Source of the DNA: Candidatus Aegiribacteria sp.
GTDB taxonomy: Bacteria; Fermentibacterota; Fermentibacteria; Fermentibacterales; JCC-6
Direction of reading: 5' to 3'
Assembly: GCA_021108435.1 (NCBI GenBank)
Contig: JAIOQY010000170.1
Location: 1-63,018, forward strand
DNA: 63,018 nt
The translations under genes were made by a program, and so were the position numbers. This document shows positions 44,078 to 53,890 of the stretch, piece after piece. The notes under the pieces are model-generated. The model ran no database searches, had not been told where the DNA came from, and was given only the letters and a program-made list of their open reading frames with translations. Within the stretch, counting starts at the first letter, position 1. Each line of letters opens with the position of its first letter.

Positions 44078-44889
44078 AGAATCCATATCGTTCTATCGAG
44101 GCCGAAGTCCTTTCGGTCACAACTGAGACACCTACAATTAAGACATTTCTGTTCAAACCGAAGGAAGAACTCACTTTCAAGCCCGGCCAGTTCATGGAAC
44201 TCTCAGTTCCAGGCCTGGGTGAAGCTCCGTTCACCCCATCTTCTGACTCTGGAATTAAAGAAACGATGGAGATAACCATCGTAAAAGTGGGTAAAGTTAC
44301 CGATGAGATCCATAAGCTCAAACCGGGTGATACTGTTGGTTTGAGAGGTCCGCTTGGCAAGGGATACCCCATGATAAGATTCATCGGTCAGGAAGTACTT
44401 ATTGTAGGCGGCGGTGTTGGCCTTGCTCCTATACGAACTCTGATGTACGATCTGTTTCATATGAGTGACAAACTGTCAAAACTTGTTTACAGAGGCGGTT
44501 GCAGAAATCCCGAAGAGTTGATCTTTCGCAAGGAACTTGAGGGTTGGATGAAACGCGATGATATTGACATGGTTCTTACGGTAGATGAGGGCGATGATTC
44601 CTGGAACGGTCCCGTAGGTCTTGTTACATCGATCATGGACGGCATTGATATGAACTTTTCAAGAGTGAAAGCAGTCGTCTGCGGTCCTCCGATAATGATG
44701 AAATTCGCTACTTTCAAATTGAAAGAACTCGGAGTTGAAGACAGAAATATCTATCTCTCCATGGAGAAGAATATGTCGTGCGGTTTCGGAAAATGCGGCC
44801 ACTGCAGAATAGGTCCTTACTACTGCTGCAAAGATGGTCCTGTTTTTACATATAATATGATTCGGGACTTCCCGGGAATCTGGGACTAG
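44074..44889 (+). CDS. AsrB / sulfhydrogenase gamma-subunit-like FAD/NAD(P)-binding oxidoreductase with a C-terminal 2Fe-2S cluster
   Basis: A ferredoxin-reductase-type fold (FKPGQFMELSVPGLGEAPFTPSS; nucleotide-binding LIVGGGVGLAPI). C-terminal cluster CGFGKCGHCRIGPYYCC. Confidence 0.8.
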   Translation: MKNPYRSIEAEVLSVTTETPTIKTFLFKPKEELTFKPGQFMELSVPGLGEAPFTPSSDSGIKETMEITIVKVGKVTDEIHKLKPGDTVGLRGPLGKGYPMIRFIGQEVLIVGGGVGLAPIRTLMYDLFHMSDKLSKLVYRGGCRNPEELIFRKELEGWMKRDDIDMVLTVDEGDDSWNGPVGLVTSIMDGIDMNFSRVKAVVCGPPIMMKFATFKLKELGVEDRNIYLSMEKNMSCGFGKCGHCRIGPYYCCKDGPVFTYNMIRDFPGIWD

Positions 44890-44895
44890 GAAGGT

Positions 44896-45438
44896 ATGGG
44901 GATGAGCAGGACTTCACTTGATCAGCTTCATGGCAACCTTGATGATGGCCCATCGGGTAAAAAAAAGCTTTTCATAGATCTGGATATCTGTAATTCTGAT
45001 CAATGTGATGAGTGTGTAGTTGATTGCAGTTACTTCTATCATCCAGTGAATAACGGAATGATATCTCTCATAGAGCTTGCTACATATGTACTTGTCTGCA
45101 GAAAGTGCGAAGAACCTCACTGCGTCAATGCATGCCCGAAGGACGCACTTGAAAAACTGGAAGATGCTGACGGAATGCTGGTCCGGCATACTGTCAGATG
45201 TGTCAGCTGCCGATCCTGCTCACATGCATGTCCATATGGAACCATCTACCCTGAGCTGACCCCGCATTTGACGAATATCTGTGATTATTGTGAGGGCAGG
45301 GATGAGTTCACATGCGTTAAAACCTGTCCGTACGGTGCTCTTAAAATCGTGGATGACACATTCGAGGGTGATAATGTATTCAAAGTGGGTAACAGGGTTG
45401 TTGCTCATTCAATTCATTGGGACAGGGACAAGGCATGA
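44896..45438 (+). CDS. Poly-ferredoxin (HycB-like, multiple 4Fe-4S motifs)
   Basis: CRKCEEPHCVNACP, CVSCRSCSHACP and CDYCEGRDEFTCVKTCP, plus an N-terminal CNSDQCDECVVDC. Confidence 0.75.
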   Translation: MGMSRTSLDQLHGNLDDGPSGKKKLFIDLDICNSDQCDECVVDCSYFYHPVNNGMISLIELATYVLVCRKCEEPHCVNACPKDALEKLEDADGMLVRHTVRCVSCRSCSHACPYGTIYPELTPHLTNICDYCEGRDEFTCVKTCPYGALKIVDDTFEGDNVFKVGNRVVAHSIHWDRDKA

Positions 45439-46346
45439 CTTTTATCTACCTTGTTGTATTCGGCTTTATTGCCACTGCGGTTCTGGGACTGGTAACCAGC
45501 TGGATTGACAGAAAGGTTACTGCTCGAGTTCAATACAGGGTGGGGCCACCATTCCTTCAGCCATTCATCGATCTGGTGAAGCTTCTTGGAAAAGAAACTG
45601 TCATACCCTCGACGGCCTCACGCGGCGTATTCCTTTCAGCTCCTCTACTCGGTCTCGCCGGTGTGATTACTGCTTCAACAATATTATGGGTGAACCAGTT
45701 CTTCGCGGATGGTTTCGCGGGTGACTGGATAGTGATTATCTATCTGCTCACTATTCCGTCTCTCAGTCTCATTATTGCCGGTTTTGCATCAGGAAACCCT
45801 CTTGCAAGTCTGGGATCTTCAAGAGAGATGAAACTGGTAATCGCTTACGAGCTTCCATTCATTCTTGCGATGCTTGTTCCGGTTCTCAGTGCTCACTCTA
45901 TTCGTATTAGTGTAATACTTGAAGCTCAGATAACCGGGATTTTCGCAGGAAATATTTCAGGAATACTGGCCATGATTGTAGCTATACTCTGCGTACAGGC
46001 GAAGCTTGGTCTTGTTCCGTTTGATATTCCCGAAGCAGAAACTGAGATTGTGGAAGGTCCGCTTGTAGAATATTCCGGTCCCTGTCTTGCTGTTTTCAAA
46101 CTTATGAAGAGTATGCTCCTCTTTGTTCTCCCTTTCTTCCTTATCATCCTTTTCTTCGGGGGACTGAGACTGGATGGAATCAACCTTCTCTGGACAGTTC
46201 TGGAGTACGTAGGAATTGTGGCGGTAATTACCGTTATTCGAAATACAAACCCCAGGGTTAGAATAGATCAAGCGGTCAGGTTCTTCTGGGGACCTTTGAC
46301 AATAATTGCAGCAGCTGCTGTGATACTGGCGTTAAATGGATTATAG
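45435..46346 (+). CDS. Hydrogenase membrane subunit, NuoH/HycD/MbhM family
   Basis: IDRKVTARVQYRVGPPFLQPFIDLVKLLGKE is the NuoH-family signature. Polytopic. ATGA overlap. Confidence 0.85.
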   Translation: MTFIYLVVFGFIATAVLGLVTSWIDRKVTARVQYRVGPPFLQPFIDLVKLLGKETVIPSTASRGVFLSAPLLGLAGVITASTILWVNQFFADGFAGDWIVIIYLLTIPSLSLIIAGFASGNPLASLGSSREMKLVIAYELPFILAMLVPVLSAHSIRISVILEAQITGIFAGNISGILAMIVAILCVQAKLGLVPFDIPEAETEIVEGPLVEYSGPCLAVFKLMKSMLLFVLPFFLIILFFGGLRLDGINLLWTVLEYVGIVAVITVIRNTNPRVRIDQAVRFFWGPLTIIAAAAVILALNGL

Positions 46347-46367
46347 AAGGGTACGGCTATAGCTGTA

Positions 46368-46793
46368 ATGAGCTTAAAACTGAAAGCACTTCTGAAATCG
46401 CCATGGGTGTTTCACCTGTCTACCGGCAGCTGCAATAACTGCGATATAGAAATACTGGACTGTCTAACACCCAGGTTTGACATTGAACGTTTTGGAATGC
46501 TTCTTGTAGGGAGTATCAAGCATGCTGATGTTCTGCTTGTTACAGGCTCATGCAACAGAATGTCTGTCGAGAGACTGAAGGTTCTGTACGATCAGGTTCC
46601 GAAACCGTGCCTGGTTGTTGCCATCGGTACATGTACCGGATCAAGAGGTCTCTTCATTGACAGCTATAACTGCCCGGTGCCGCTGGACAAAATAATACCG
46701 GTTGATGTTTACATACCCGGCTGTCCACCCAAACCGGAAGCTATGATAGCTGGAATTGTCAAGTTAATACAGAAGGTTGGCGGAGCGCAATGA
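46368..46793 (+). CDS. [NiFe]-hydrogenase small subunit, NuoB/HycG/MbhJ family
   Basis: Cluster ligands GSCNNCDIE, VTGSCN and YIPGCPPKPEA. Confidence 0.9.
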   Translation: MSLKLKALLKSPWVFHLSTGSCNNCDIEILDCLTPRFDIERFGMLLVGSIKHADVLLVTGSCNRMSVERLKVLYDQVPKPCLVVAIGTCTGSRGLFIDSYNCPVPLDKIIPVDVYIPGCPPKPEAMIAGIVKLIQKVGGAQ

Positions 46794-47263
46794 CGAGAGA
46801 GGAAGTTCTTCAGGATCTCAGGGAACGTTTTGGTGATGACATTATTGAACTTCTTGATAAATCTCCATCACGGGTTTATATCGAGATCAAAACTGAATCG
46901 ATCGTTAAAATGGGTTCATATCTGTTCAGGAATCTTGGAGCTCGATTCCAGATAGCATCAGGTACTGATATGCCGCCTCATATAGAGATTCTATACCATT
47001 TCATTATCGAAGATCTCAACCTGATTATTTCACTTCGCGTATGGCTGAATCGTGAGAATCCTGAAATTGCTTCTCTCGCGAAAGAAATAGAGGCTTTCAA
47101 CTGGATAGAACGCGAGATCAGCGAACTGCTCGGAGTCACATTTATTGGACATCCTGATCCTCGGAGGCTTCTCCTCGCTGACAACTGGCCAGAATGTGTT
47201 TATCCTTTAAGACAGGACTATGAAGAGTGGGATGAAACCGCTGACAGGACAAGGGGGGTGTAA
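46790..47263 (+). CDS. NuoC/MbhK-family 30-kDa subunit
   Basis: FNWIEREISELLGVTFIGHPDPRRLLL is typical of NuoC-like proteins. Confidence 0.8.
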   Translation: MTREEVLQDLRERFGDDIIELLDKSPSRVYIEIKTESIVKMGSYLFRNLGARFQIASGTDMPPHIEILYHFIIEDLNLIISLRVWLNRENPEIASLAKEIEAFNWIEREISELLGVTFIGHPDPRRLLLADNWPECVYPLRQDYEEWDETADRTRGV

Positions 47264-48444
47264 TGGGTAAAACAATCATTCCCATAGGTCCGTATCATCC
47301 TCTGCTTGAAGAACCGGAGTTCTTCACACTTACAGTTGATGGTGAGACTGTTGTCGATATCGATATGCGAATGGGCTACAACCACCGCGGTATTGAAAAG
47401 CTCTCCGAGGGACTGGTCTTTGATAACAGCACATTCGTTGTTGAGCGGATCTGCGGTATCTGTTCCACAAGCCATCCCTGGGCGTTTACCAGAGCGGTTG
47501 AAGATATTTTTCCCATGGAGGTTTCCATGCGGGCCAAGTATATCCGGACGATAATCGCCGAGGGGGAAAGAATTCACTCTCATCTTCTCTGGCTCGGTCT
47601 TGCAGGGCATTTCCTTGGTTATAACACAGTTTTTATGTGGTCCTGGAAACTTCGCGAGGAGATACTTGATGTGATGGAGATCCTCTCCGGCAACAGGAAT
47701 TCCTACGCCATGTTCAAACCGGGTGGCGTCAGGAGAGATATTAATGCTGAAGATATCCCGTTATGTCTCAAGAAGATAGATTCAATCGTTCCAACTCTCA
47801 TTATGCTCAAGAAAGCTGTACTGGATGATCCAGTGCTTCATGCGAGGCTCAAGGGTGTAGGGGTTCTTTCATATCAGGAGGCGATAGATTTCAGTGCCCT
47901 CGGACCAACATCCAGAGCTTCCGGTGTTGCCCGTGACGTCCGAAAAGACTCACCGTACGGGGCATACCAGGAGATGGACTGGAACATGATTGTTACTCAG
48001 AACGGTGATGTATTCGATAAAGCTGTTGTCAGGATACTCGAAATGGTCGAGTCGACAAATATTATGAAGTACTGCCTTGAGAATCTCCCTGATGGTGAAA
48101 TTGATGCCTGTATCAAAGATGTGCTTGTTGGTGAGGGTATCGGTTATGTTGAAGCGCCCAGAGGTGAAACATTTCACTACGTCAAAAGCGATGGCACGAA
48201 CAGACCTGTGCGGCACAAGGTCAGAGCCCCGACTTTCATGAATCTTCCAACATACAAAGCGACTGTCATCGGGCAGACAATCTCTGACGCGACTATAATT
48301 CTGGCAGCCATTGATCCCTGCTATTGCTGCACAGAACGCGTTGCTGTCAAAAATGATAAGGGTAAAATGCTTTATAACGGGCAGGATCTTGTCAGACTAA
48401 GTCGTGAGAAAACCGAGAAGATGCGACAGAGGATGGGGGGCTAA
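47263..48444 (+). CDS. Group-4 [NiFe]-hydrogenase large (catalytic) subunit, NuoD/EchE/MbhL family
   Basis: L1 motif RICGICSTSH and L2 motif DPCYCCTER, so all four Ni-Fe ligand Cys are present. A 34-aa tail follows the Arg. Confidence 0.9.
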   Translation: MGKTIIPIGPYHPLLEEPEFFTLTVDGETVVDIDMRMGYNHRGIEKLSEGLVFDNSTFVVERICGICSTSHPWAFTRAVEDIFPMEVSMRAKYIRTIIAEGERIHSHLLWLGLAGHFLGYNTVFMWSWKLREEILDVMEILSGNRNSYAMFKPGGVRRDINAEDIPLCLKKIDSIVPTLIMLKKAVLDDPVLHARLKGVGVLSYQEAIDFSALGPTSRASGVARDVRKDSPYGAYQEMDWNMIVTQNGDVFDKAVVRILEMVESTNIMKYCLENLPDGEIDACIKDVLVGEGIGYVEAPRGETFHYVKSDGTNRPVRHKVRAPTFMNLPTYKATVIGQTISDATIILAAIDPCYCCTERVAVKNDKGKMLYNGQDLVRLSREKTEKMRQRMGG

Positions 48445-50148
48445 ATGAATCTCAATCTGATAATTGACGCTTTGAGAAATCCAGATGGATTTTTTGCAGC
48501 TACTCCCATATCGATTCTCTGTGCAGCATTTGCCGCACTGTTCTTTGTTTTTGTGATTCTTTATTCCATTAAGCATATGAAGGGCCGAAAAGGTCTATGG
48601 CGATATTATTTCTATCTCATACTGACGTTCATTTCCACTGTTGCTGTTCTCTTCACCACCAGTTTTGTTCTGTTACTGGTTTTCTGGGGATTTCTCGGGT
48701 TTCTTCTTTATCTGCTGATCAATTTCGGCAGGACTGAAGGAACACCCGAAGCAGCAAGGAAAGCGCTTGTAATAATAGGCGGCACAGATGTACTTCTGCT
48801 TTTCGGTATTGTTCTTGTATGGAAGCTTGTAGCGGGCAATTCGGGATTTCATGGATTGCTCTATCTACATTTTGGGAATCTTGGCATTCCACTTGCCGGT
48901 AGAGCATCCGTTATAGCGTATCTGTGCCTTGCCTCCGCTGCTCTGGCAAAAGCAGGATGTATGCCCTTCCATACATGGCTGCCGGATACAGCCAGAGATG
49001 CTCCGGTTCCTGTTACGGCTTATCTGCCTGCTTCATTGGACAAACTTCTTGGTATCTATTTTCTTGCGAGAATTACGCTTGATGTATTTCAAATGACACC
49101 TGCTATGAATACAATACTCATGGCTCTCGGAAGTATTACAATAATGGGTGCGGTCATGATGGCACTTGTTCAGCATGATCTGAAGAGGCTTCTGGGATAT
49201 CACGCAGTAAGCCAGGTCGGATACATGGTTCTCGGAATAGGAACCGGTAACCCGATAGGTATCGCCGGCGCGCTGTTCCACATGTTCAACAACACGATCT
49301 ACAAATCAAGCCTTTTCCTTGCGGGAGGCGAAGTTGAAAGAAGAACAGGCACATCTGACCTATCCAAACTTGGCGGCCTTGCTAAAGCGATGCCACTGGT
49401 ATTTGTAGCTTTCCTGATTGCTTCACTCTCGATATCCGGAGTTCCTCCATTCAATGGTTTTGCGTCCAAATGGATGCTGTATCAGGGAATTATCGGTTCT
49501 GGCGGAAGCGGTATTTGGATTGTATGGCTGGTTGCAGCCATGCTCGGAAGCGCTCTTACACTTGCCAGTTTCATGAAACTGATTCATACCGTATTCCTCG
49601 GACAACCATCGGAAGGTGTAAAAAAGATTGTATCCGGTGAGAAGGAGAAAATCGGTTTTTCCACAGGGGTTCCTCTTCTGGTACTTTCCATACTCTGTAT
49701 TGGCCTGGGTGTGTTCGCCTGGAAGATACCGTTTGCAGACCTCTTCAGACCTGAAACAGGCGGTCAGGTTCATCTCACAGGTGTCTGGCAGTCCGGACTG
49801 GCCACTCTGATGATCATTTCAGGTCTCATTATCGGATACCTTATCTACCTTGCTGGAAAACTCAAGAAAACCAGAACAGTTGCACCGTTTGTAGGAGGTG
49901 AAGTTCTTGAGGATAATCCTGATATGAGAGTATCAGGCGTTGATTTCTATAAAACTATCAGGGAGCTTGGTCTGCTGAAAGGTATCTACCGATGGGCGGA
50001 GAAGAAGTACTTCGATTTGTATGAGATTGCTGGTAAATTTGTCGGCGGATTTGGAGTAGTGTTCTCTTTCATGCATAATGGATTGCTGTCCAGATACATA
50101 CTATGGTGTCTTATCGGACTTGTGGTTCTATGCATAGTGCTGATCTGA
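48445..50148 (+). CDS. Antiporter-like membrane subunit, MrpA/NuoL family
   Basis: 567 aa, polytopic. Proton-conducting transporter motifs (MPFHTWLPDTARDAPVPVTAYL, LLGYHAVSQVGYMVLG, HMFNNTIYKSSLFLAGG). Confidence 0.8.
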   Translation: MNLNLIIDALRNPDGFFAATPISILCAAFAALFFVFVILYSIKHMKGRKGLWRYYFYLILTFISTVAVLFTTSFVLLLVFWGFLGFLLYLLINFGRTEGTPEAARKALVIIGGTDVLLLFGIVLVWKLVAGNSGFHGLLYLHFGNLGIPLAGRASVIAYLCLASAALAKAGCMPFHTWLPDTARDAPVPVTAYLPASLDKLLGIYFLARITLDVFQMTPAMNTILMALGSITIMGAVMMALVQHDLKRLLGYHAVSQVGYMVLGIGTGNPIGIAGALFHMFNNTIYKSSLFLAGGEVERRTGTSDLSKLGGLAKAMPLVFVAFLIASLSISGVPPFNGFASKWMLYQGIIGSGGSGIWIVWLVAAMLGSALTLASFMKLIHTVFLGQPSEGVKKIVSGEKEKIGFSTGVPLLVLSILCIGLGVFAWKIPFADLFRPETGGQVHLTGVWQSGLATLMIISGLIIGYLIYLAGKLKKTRTVAPFVGGEVLEDNPDMRVSGVDFYKTIRELGLLKGIYRWAEKKYFDLYEIAGKFVGGFGVVFSFMHNGLLSRYILWCLIGLVVLCIVLI

Positions 50149-50161
50149 TTGGGTTTGGAAG

Positions 50162-50710
50162 ATGATTGAACTTTACGTACTGCTTGGTTTGATGATTGCA
50201 GGTTCATTGATCGCTATCGAGATTAAGAACCTTCTGTCAGCCGTTGTTGCTGTAGGTGTTGTAGGACTCGGGCTTTCTATCGTATTCCTGCTTCTGAAAG
50301 CACCGGATGTAGCGCTTACCCAGATTGTGGTTGAAATCGCTGCCGTAATACTCCTCATTCGAGCTACTCTCAATCGTGAAATCGCCGCGAAATACTGTGG
50401 CACCAGACCTTTTGGTGCATTTATGGGAATTCTTTTCACCGGTTTTGTGTTTGTAATCGCGCTTATCACCTTCAAAGACGGGCTTAACATATTCGGTGCT
50501 CCTCTCATGACTGTTTCGCAGTTCTATCCTCAGAGTGCGATAGAGGGAACAGGCGCTACGAATGTGGTCTCTGCGATAATCCTTGATTACAGAGCATACG
50601 ATACTCTTGGTGAAGCTACGGTCCTGTTCACAGCTGTTGTTGGTGTTCTCACTGTAATGAGAAGCCCCGGAAAGAAAAAAGAAGAAGATTTGCAGGATAA
50701 GAATGAGTAA
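50162..50710 (+). CDS. MbhD-like (DUF4040) fused to an MnhB-like segment
   Basis: LLKAPDVALTQIVVEIA is MbhD/DUF4040-like. NVVSAIILDYRAYDTLGEATVLFTAVVGV is MnhB-like. Confidence 0.7.
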   Translation: MIELYVLLGLMIAGSLIAIEIKNLLSAVVAVGVVGLGLSIVFLLLKAPDVALTQIVVEIAAVILLIRATLNREIAAKYCGTRPFGAFMGILFTGFVFVIALITFKDGLNIFGAPLMTVSQFYPQSAIEGTGATNVVSAIILDYRAYDTLGEATVLFTAVVGVLTVMRSPGKKKEEDLQDKNE

Positions 50711-51158
50711 AGAACCAGATCGCGGAATGACTATTATTGTAAAAACTGTCACCAGGTTAACTGTAGGGCTGATATTTCTTTTTGGAATTTACATAATACT
50801 GCACGGTCATCTCACACCTGGTGGAGGATTCGCCGGAGGCGTGATTGTCGCTCTTTCTTTCATTAACCTTGATCTTGCCTTCGGGGGTAAGGTTTCAGCC
50901 AGGATATTTTCCAAGGGCAGCACATCGGTTATTGAGGCTTTCGGAGGGATCATGTTTCTGGCGCTTGCTCTTCTTGGGCTTCAATGGGGAGGATTTTTTG
51001 ATAACTTCCTTCACCCTGACGGAGAACCCGGAATGCTGATAAGCGCTGGAATAATACCTCTGGAGAACATTGCGATAAGTCTCAAGGTTGGTGCCGGTCT
51101 GTTTGCTATCTTCCTGACACTGATAACACTCCAGAAATTTGAATCGGAGAAGAAGTAA
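50703..51158 (+). CDS. Na+/H+ antiporter MnhB-family subunit
   Basis: LHGHLTPGGGFAGGVIVALSF is the MnhB signature. Confidence 0.7.
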   Translation: MSKEPDRGMTIIVKTVTRLTVGLIFLFGIYIILHGHLTPGGGFAGGVIVALSFINLDLAFGGKVSARIFSKGSTSVIEAFGGIMFLALALLGLQWGGFFDNFLHPDGEPGMLISAGIIPLENIAISLKVGAGLFAIFLTLITLQKFESEKK

Positions 51159-51511
51159 TGGACGCGTATCTGCCATATGTGCTATGCCTCGTACTCTTCT
51201 GCATCGGTATCTACGCAGTGATCTCCAAACGGAATATTATCAAGATTATCATTGGTGTTATCATTGCCGAGTATGCGGTCAATCTGTTTCTTATTCTCGT
51301 GGCTTACAAGGCTGGAGGCAGATCACCCATATTCTCCAGTACTCAGGAGATACTGCCGGAAGCTATGGTTGATCCCCTTCCTCATGCGCTTGTTCTGACA
51401 TCAATAGTTATCGGACTGGCAACCACAGCCTTTCTTATTGCGCTTGCTGTGCGTCTTTACGGTAAATACGGAACATTTGATATTTCAAGGATGCGGGAGT
51501 TAAGAGGATGA
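51158..51511 (+). CDS. MnhC/NuoK-family subunit
   Basis: 117 aa with 3 TM segments. IGIYAVISKRNIIKIIIGVIIAEYAVNLFLI and LTSIVIGLATTAFLIAL. Confidence 0.75.
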   Translation: MDAYLPYVLCLVLFCIGIYAVISKRNIIKIIIGVIIAEYAVNLFLILVAYKAGGRSPIFSSTQEILPEAMVDPLPHALVLTSIVIGLATTAFLIALAVRLYGKYGTFDISRMRELRG

Positions 51512-53001
51512 TAAACGAAAGCACAATTCCGCTTTTCGTAGCCCTGCCGCTTGCGGGAGCTTTCCTGACCGTGCTCCTGAAAAGGATTAAAGGTATTCCT
51601 GACACTCTTGGCGTAATGGCATCCATAGGAACCTTTGTCATGTCAGTATTTACTGTAATACAACTTGAGATCGGCCAGAGAATCATATGCAATATCGGCA
51701 ACTGGGGCGGATTTCAGGAAGTGCTGGGGAAAATAGTCGGCATTCAGCTGGTAGTAGATGGATTAACAGCCTTCATGCTTGTTGTGGTAAATCTTATTGC
51801 CTTCCTTGTTGCGGTATATTCAGTCAATTACATGACAAGATACACTGAAAAATGGCAGTTCTACTCGCTTTTCCTTCTTATGCTTGCCGGAATGAACGGC
51901 GTACTGATCACCGGAGACATGTTCAACCTCTTTGTCTTCGTGGAGATCGCGTCAATCGCCAGTTATGCACTGGTTGCCTTCGGCACAGGAAAGAGAGAGC
52001 TCGAAGCATCGTTCAAGTATGCTGTAATGGGAGGTATCGCCTCTTTATTAATACTTCTTGGCGTGATATTCCTTTACAGCAATACTGGAACGCTGAATAT
52101 GGCTGACATGACCCGTATTCTGGCGGGAAGAGACCATCCCGCTCTCCTTTACTTCGTATTCGCTCTGTTCCTTACGGGATTTGGCCTTAAAGCGGCTCTT
52201 GTTCCGTTCCACGCCTGGCTTCCTGACGCGCATCCCTCGGCTCCCGCGCCGATATCCGCAATGCTGTCCGGTGTTCTGATTAAGGCTCTGGGCGTGTATG
52301 TGATAGCAAGGGTATTTTACAATATATTCGGATTAACTTATGAATTATCCCTTATTTTGATGACACTTGGAGCAATCTCCATGGGAGTTGGTGCCCTGGT
52401 CGCACTGAGACAGTGGGATTTGAAGCGTCTGCTGGCCTACAGTTCCATAAGCCAGGTTGGTTTCATCATGCTCGGGTTTGGAATAGGAACCCCTCTCGCG
52501 GTACTGGGAGCGCTTTTCCACCTGTTCAATCACTCCATGTTCAAATCTCTGCTGTTCCTTGACTCCGGAGCGATCGAGTATGCGGCACATACTCGGGATC
52601 TGAAGGAAATGGGTGGACTCGCGAAGAAAATGCCCATTACGAACGGTTCTACAATCATAGGAGCCATGTCACTTGCGGGAGTACCGCCGTTCGCTGGATT
52701 CTGGAGCAAATTGATAATTATCGTTGCCGCTGTACAGGCAAGTCATATGAAATTGGCAGCCTGGGCTGTGCTTATGAGCATTGTTACAATTGCCTATGTA
52801 CTCAAAGCCGTTAGATTTGCCTTCCTCGGAGAACTCAAAGAAAAATTCGCCAACATCACTGAAGTTCCGGCGTTCATGAGAGTATCCTTAATAGTTCTTG
52901 CGCTGGTGTGCCTTTTTGGAGGACTGCTTCTTATTCCTGATCTGAGGAATGGATTCCTTGGACAGGCCGTTGATGTTCTAACCAGAGTAAGCGGGGTGTA
53001 G
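51508..53001 (+). CDS. Antiporter-like membrane subunit, MrpD/NuoM-N family
   Basis: VPFHAWLPDAHPSAPAPISAMLSGVLIK, LLAYSSISQVGFIMLG and HLFNHSMFKSLLFL. Confidence 0.85.
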   Translation: MINESTIPLFVALPLAGAFLTVLLKRIKGIPDTLGVMASIGTFVMSVFTVIQLEIGQRIICNIGNWGGFQEVLGKIVGIQLVVDGLTAFMLVVVNLIAFLVAVYSVNYMTRYTEKWQFYSLFLLMLAGMNGVLITGDMFNLFVFVEIASIASYALVAFGTGKRELEASFKYAVMGGIASLLILLGVIFLYSNTGTLNMADMTRILAGRDHPALLYFVFALFLTGFGLKAALVPFHAWLPDAHPSAPAPISAMLSGVLIKALGVYVIARVFYNIFGLTYELSLILMTLGAISMGVGALVALRQWDLKRLLAYSSISQVGFIMLGFGIGTPLAVLGALFHLFNHSMFKSLLFLDSGAIEYAAHTRDLKEMGGLAKKMPITNGSTIIGAMSLAGVPPFAGFWSKLIIIVAAVQASHMKLAAWAVLMSIVTIAYVLKAVRFAFLGELKEKFANITEVPAFMRVSLIVLALVCLFGGLLLIPDLRNGFLGQAVDVLTRVSGV

Positions 53002-53006
53002 GACTT

Positions 53007-53522
53007 ATGAAGAGCAGAATATTAATGTTCATAATATCCTTCGTAGTGTGGTGCATCCTTTGCTGGGAACCGGATACTGAACATCTGATCGCCGGCGGAG
53101 CTGTTTCATTAATTGTCGCAGCCGTCATGGGTTCGCTCTTCGTCACCAGACCGCACTTGATGATACATCCGATCAGAGTGTTTTACTTCCTTTTCTGGTA
53201 TGTTCCTGTGTTTGTGTGGGAACTGTTGAAGGCGAATTTCGATGTGGCGTACAGGGTAGCGCATCCAGGTCTTCCCATAAAACCCGGAATTGTAAGGCTG
53301 AAGACAGAGTTGAAATCAGATACAGGCCTTACATTCCTCGCAAACTCGATAACCCTTACTCCTGGTACTCTGACAATCGATATCAATAAGGATGATGGTA
53401 TTCTATACATCCACTGGATCAACGTTATCGGTTCTGATCCGGCTACAACCTTCAAGGAAATCGGCAGCAGATTCGAGCCGATACTTAAGAAGATTTTCGA
53501 AGAAAACGTGGTTTCAAAATGA
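53007..53522 (+). CDS. MnhE-family subunit
   Basis: LLKANFDVAYRVAHPGLPIKPGIVRLKTELKSDTGLTFLANSITLTPGTLTIDI. Confidence 0.75.
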   Translation: MKSRILMFIISFVVWCILCWEPDTEHLIAGGAVSLIVAAVMGSLFVTRPHLMIHPIRVFYFLFWYVPVFVWELLKANFDVAYRVAHPGLPIKPGIVRLKTELKSDTGLTFLANSITLTPGTLTIDINKDDGILYIHWINVIGSDPATTFKEIGSRFEPILKKIFEENVVSK

Positions 53523-53890
53523 GGTCATACAGGTGGCTTGCAGGTACCGTGGTTCTTGGAGTTATTCTTGCCCTTATAATCATCCTTCCTTTCAGAAGTG
53601 TGTTCTTCACGCAGAATGATATACATATCAGTTTCACGGGAAGAGCCGTTTACGTCCTGATATTAACTTCACTTATGGTGCTTTTCAGGGTTCTCAGAGG
53701 ACCGACTGCGGCTGACAGAATTGTAGCGATTGATATTTTCGGTATTCTTATCGTCGGGTTATGTGCTGTACTCAGCGTTACCACAGGACGTTCATGGTAC
53801 ATCGATATTGGTATCGCCTGGGGGCTTCAGAGCTTCATCGGCACGCTGGCTCTTGCCAAGTATCTGGAGGGAAGAAGCTTCGATGATTGA
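53519..53890 (+). CDS. MnhF-family subunit
   Basis: VLRGPTAADRIVAIDIFGILIVG. Confidence 0.75.
   Translation: MRSYRWLAGTVVLGVILALIIILPFRSVFFTQNDIHISFTGRAVYVLILTSLMVLFRVLRGPTAADRIVAIDIFGILIVGLCAVLSVTTGRSWYIDIGIAWGLQSFIGTLALAKYLEGRSFDD

Noticed and set aside
43710-44384. 224-aa ORF on the minus strand
   Set aside because: It is antisense to the well-supported AsrA-like and AsrB-like genes, has no recognisable motifs, and looks like a shadow ORF.
50237-50752. 171-aa minus-strand ORF; similar cases at 53952-54500 and 28501-29064
   Set aside because: All are antisense to genes with strong family motifs or long coherent ORFs. They have low-complexity or odd composition typical of shadow frames.
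53730-53882. Longer ORF (163 aa) extending the MnhG-like gene upstream
   Set aside because: It overlaps the MnhF-like gene out of frame. MnhG similarity starts at ATG 53883, which shows the same ATGA-type coupling as the rest of the operon.
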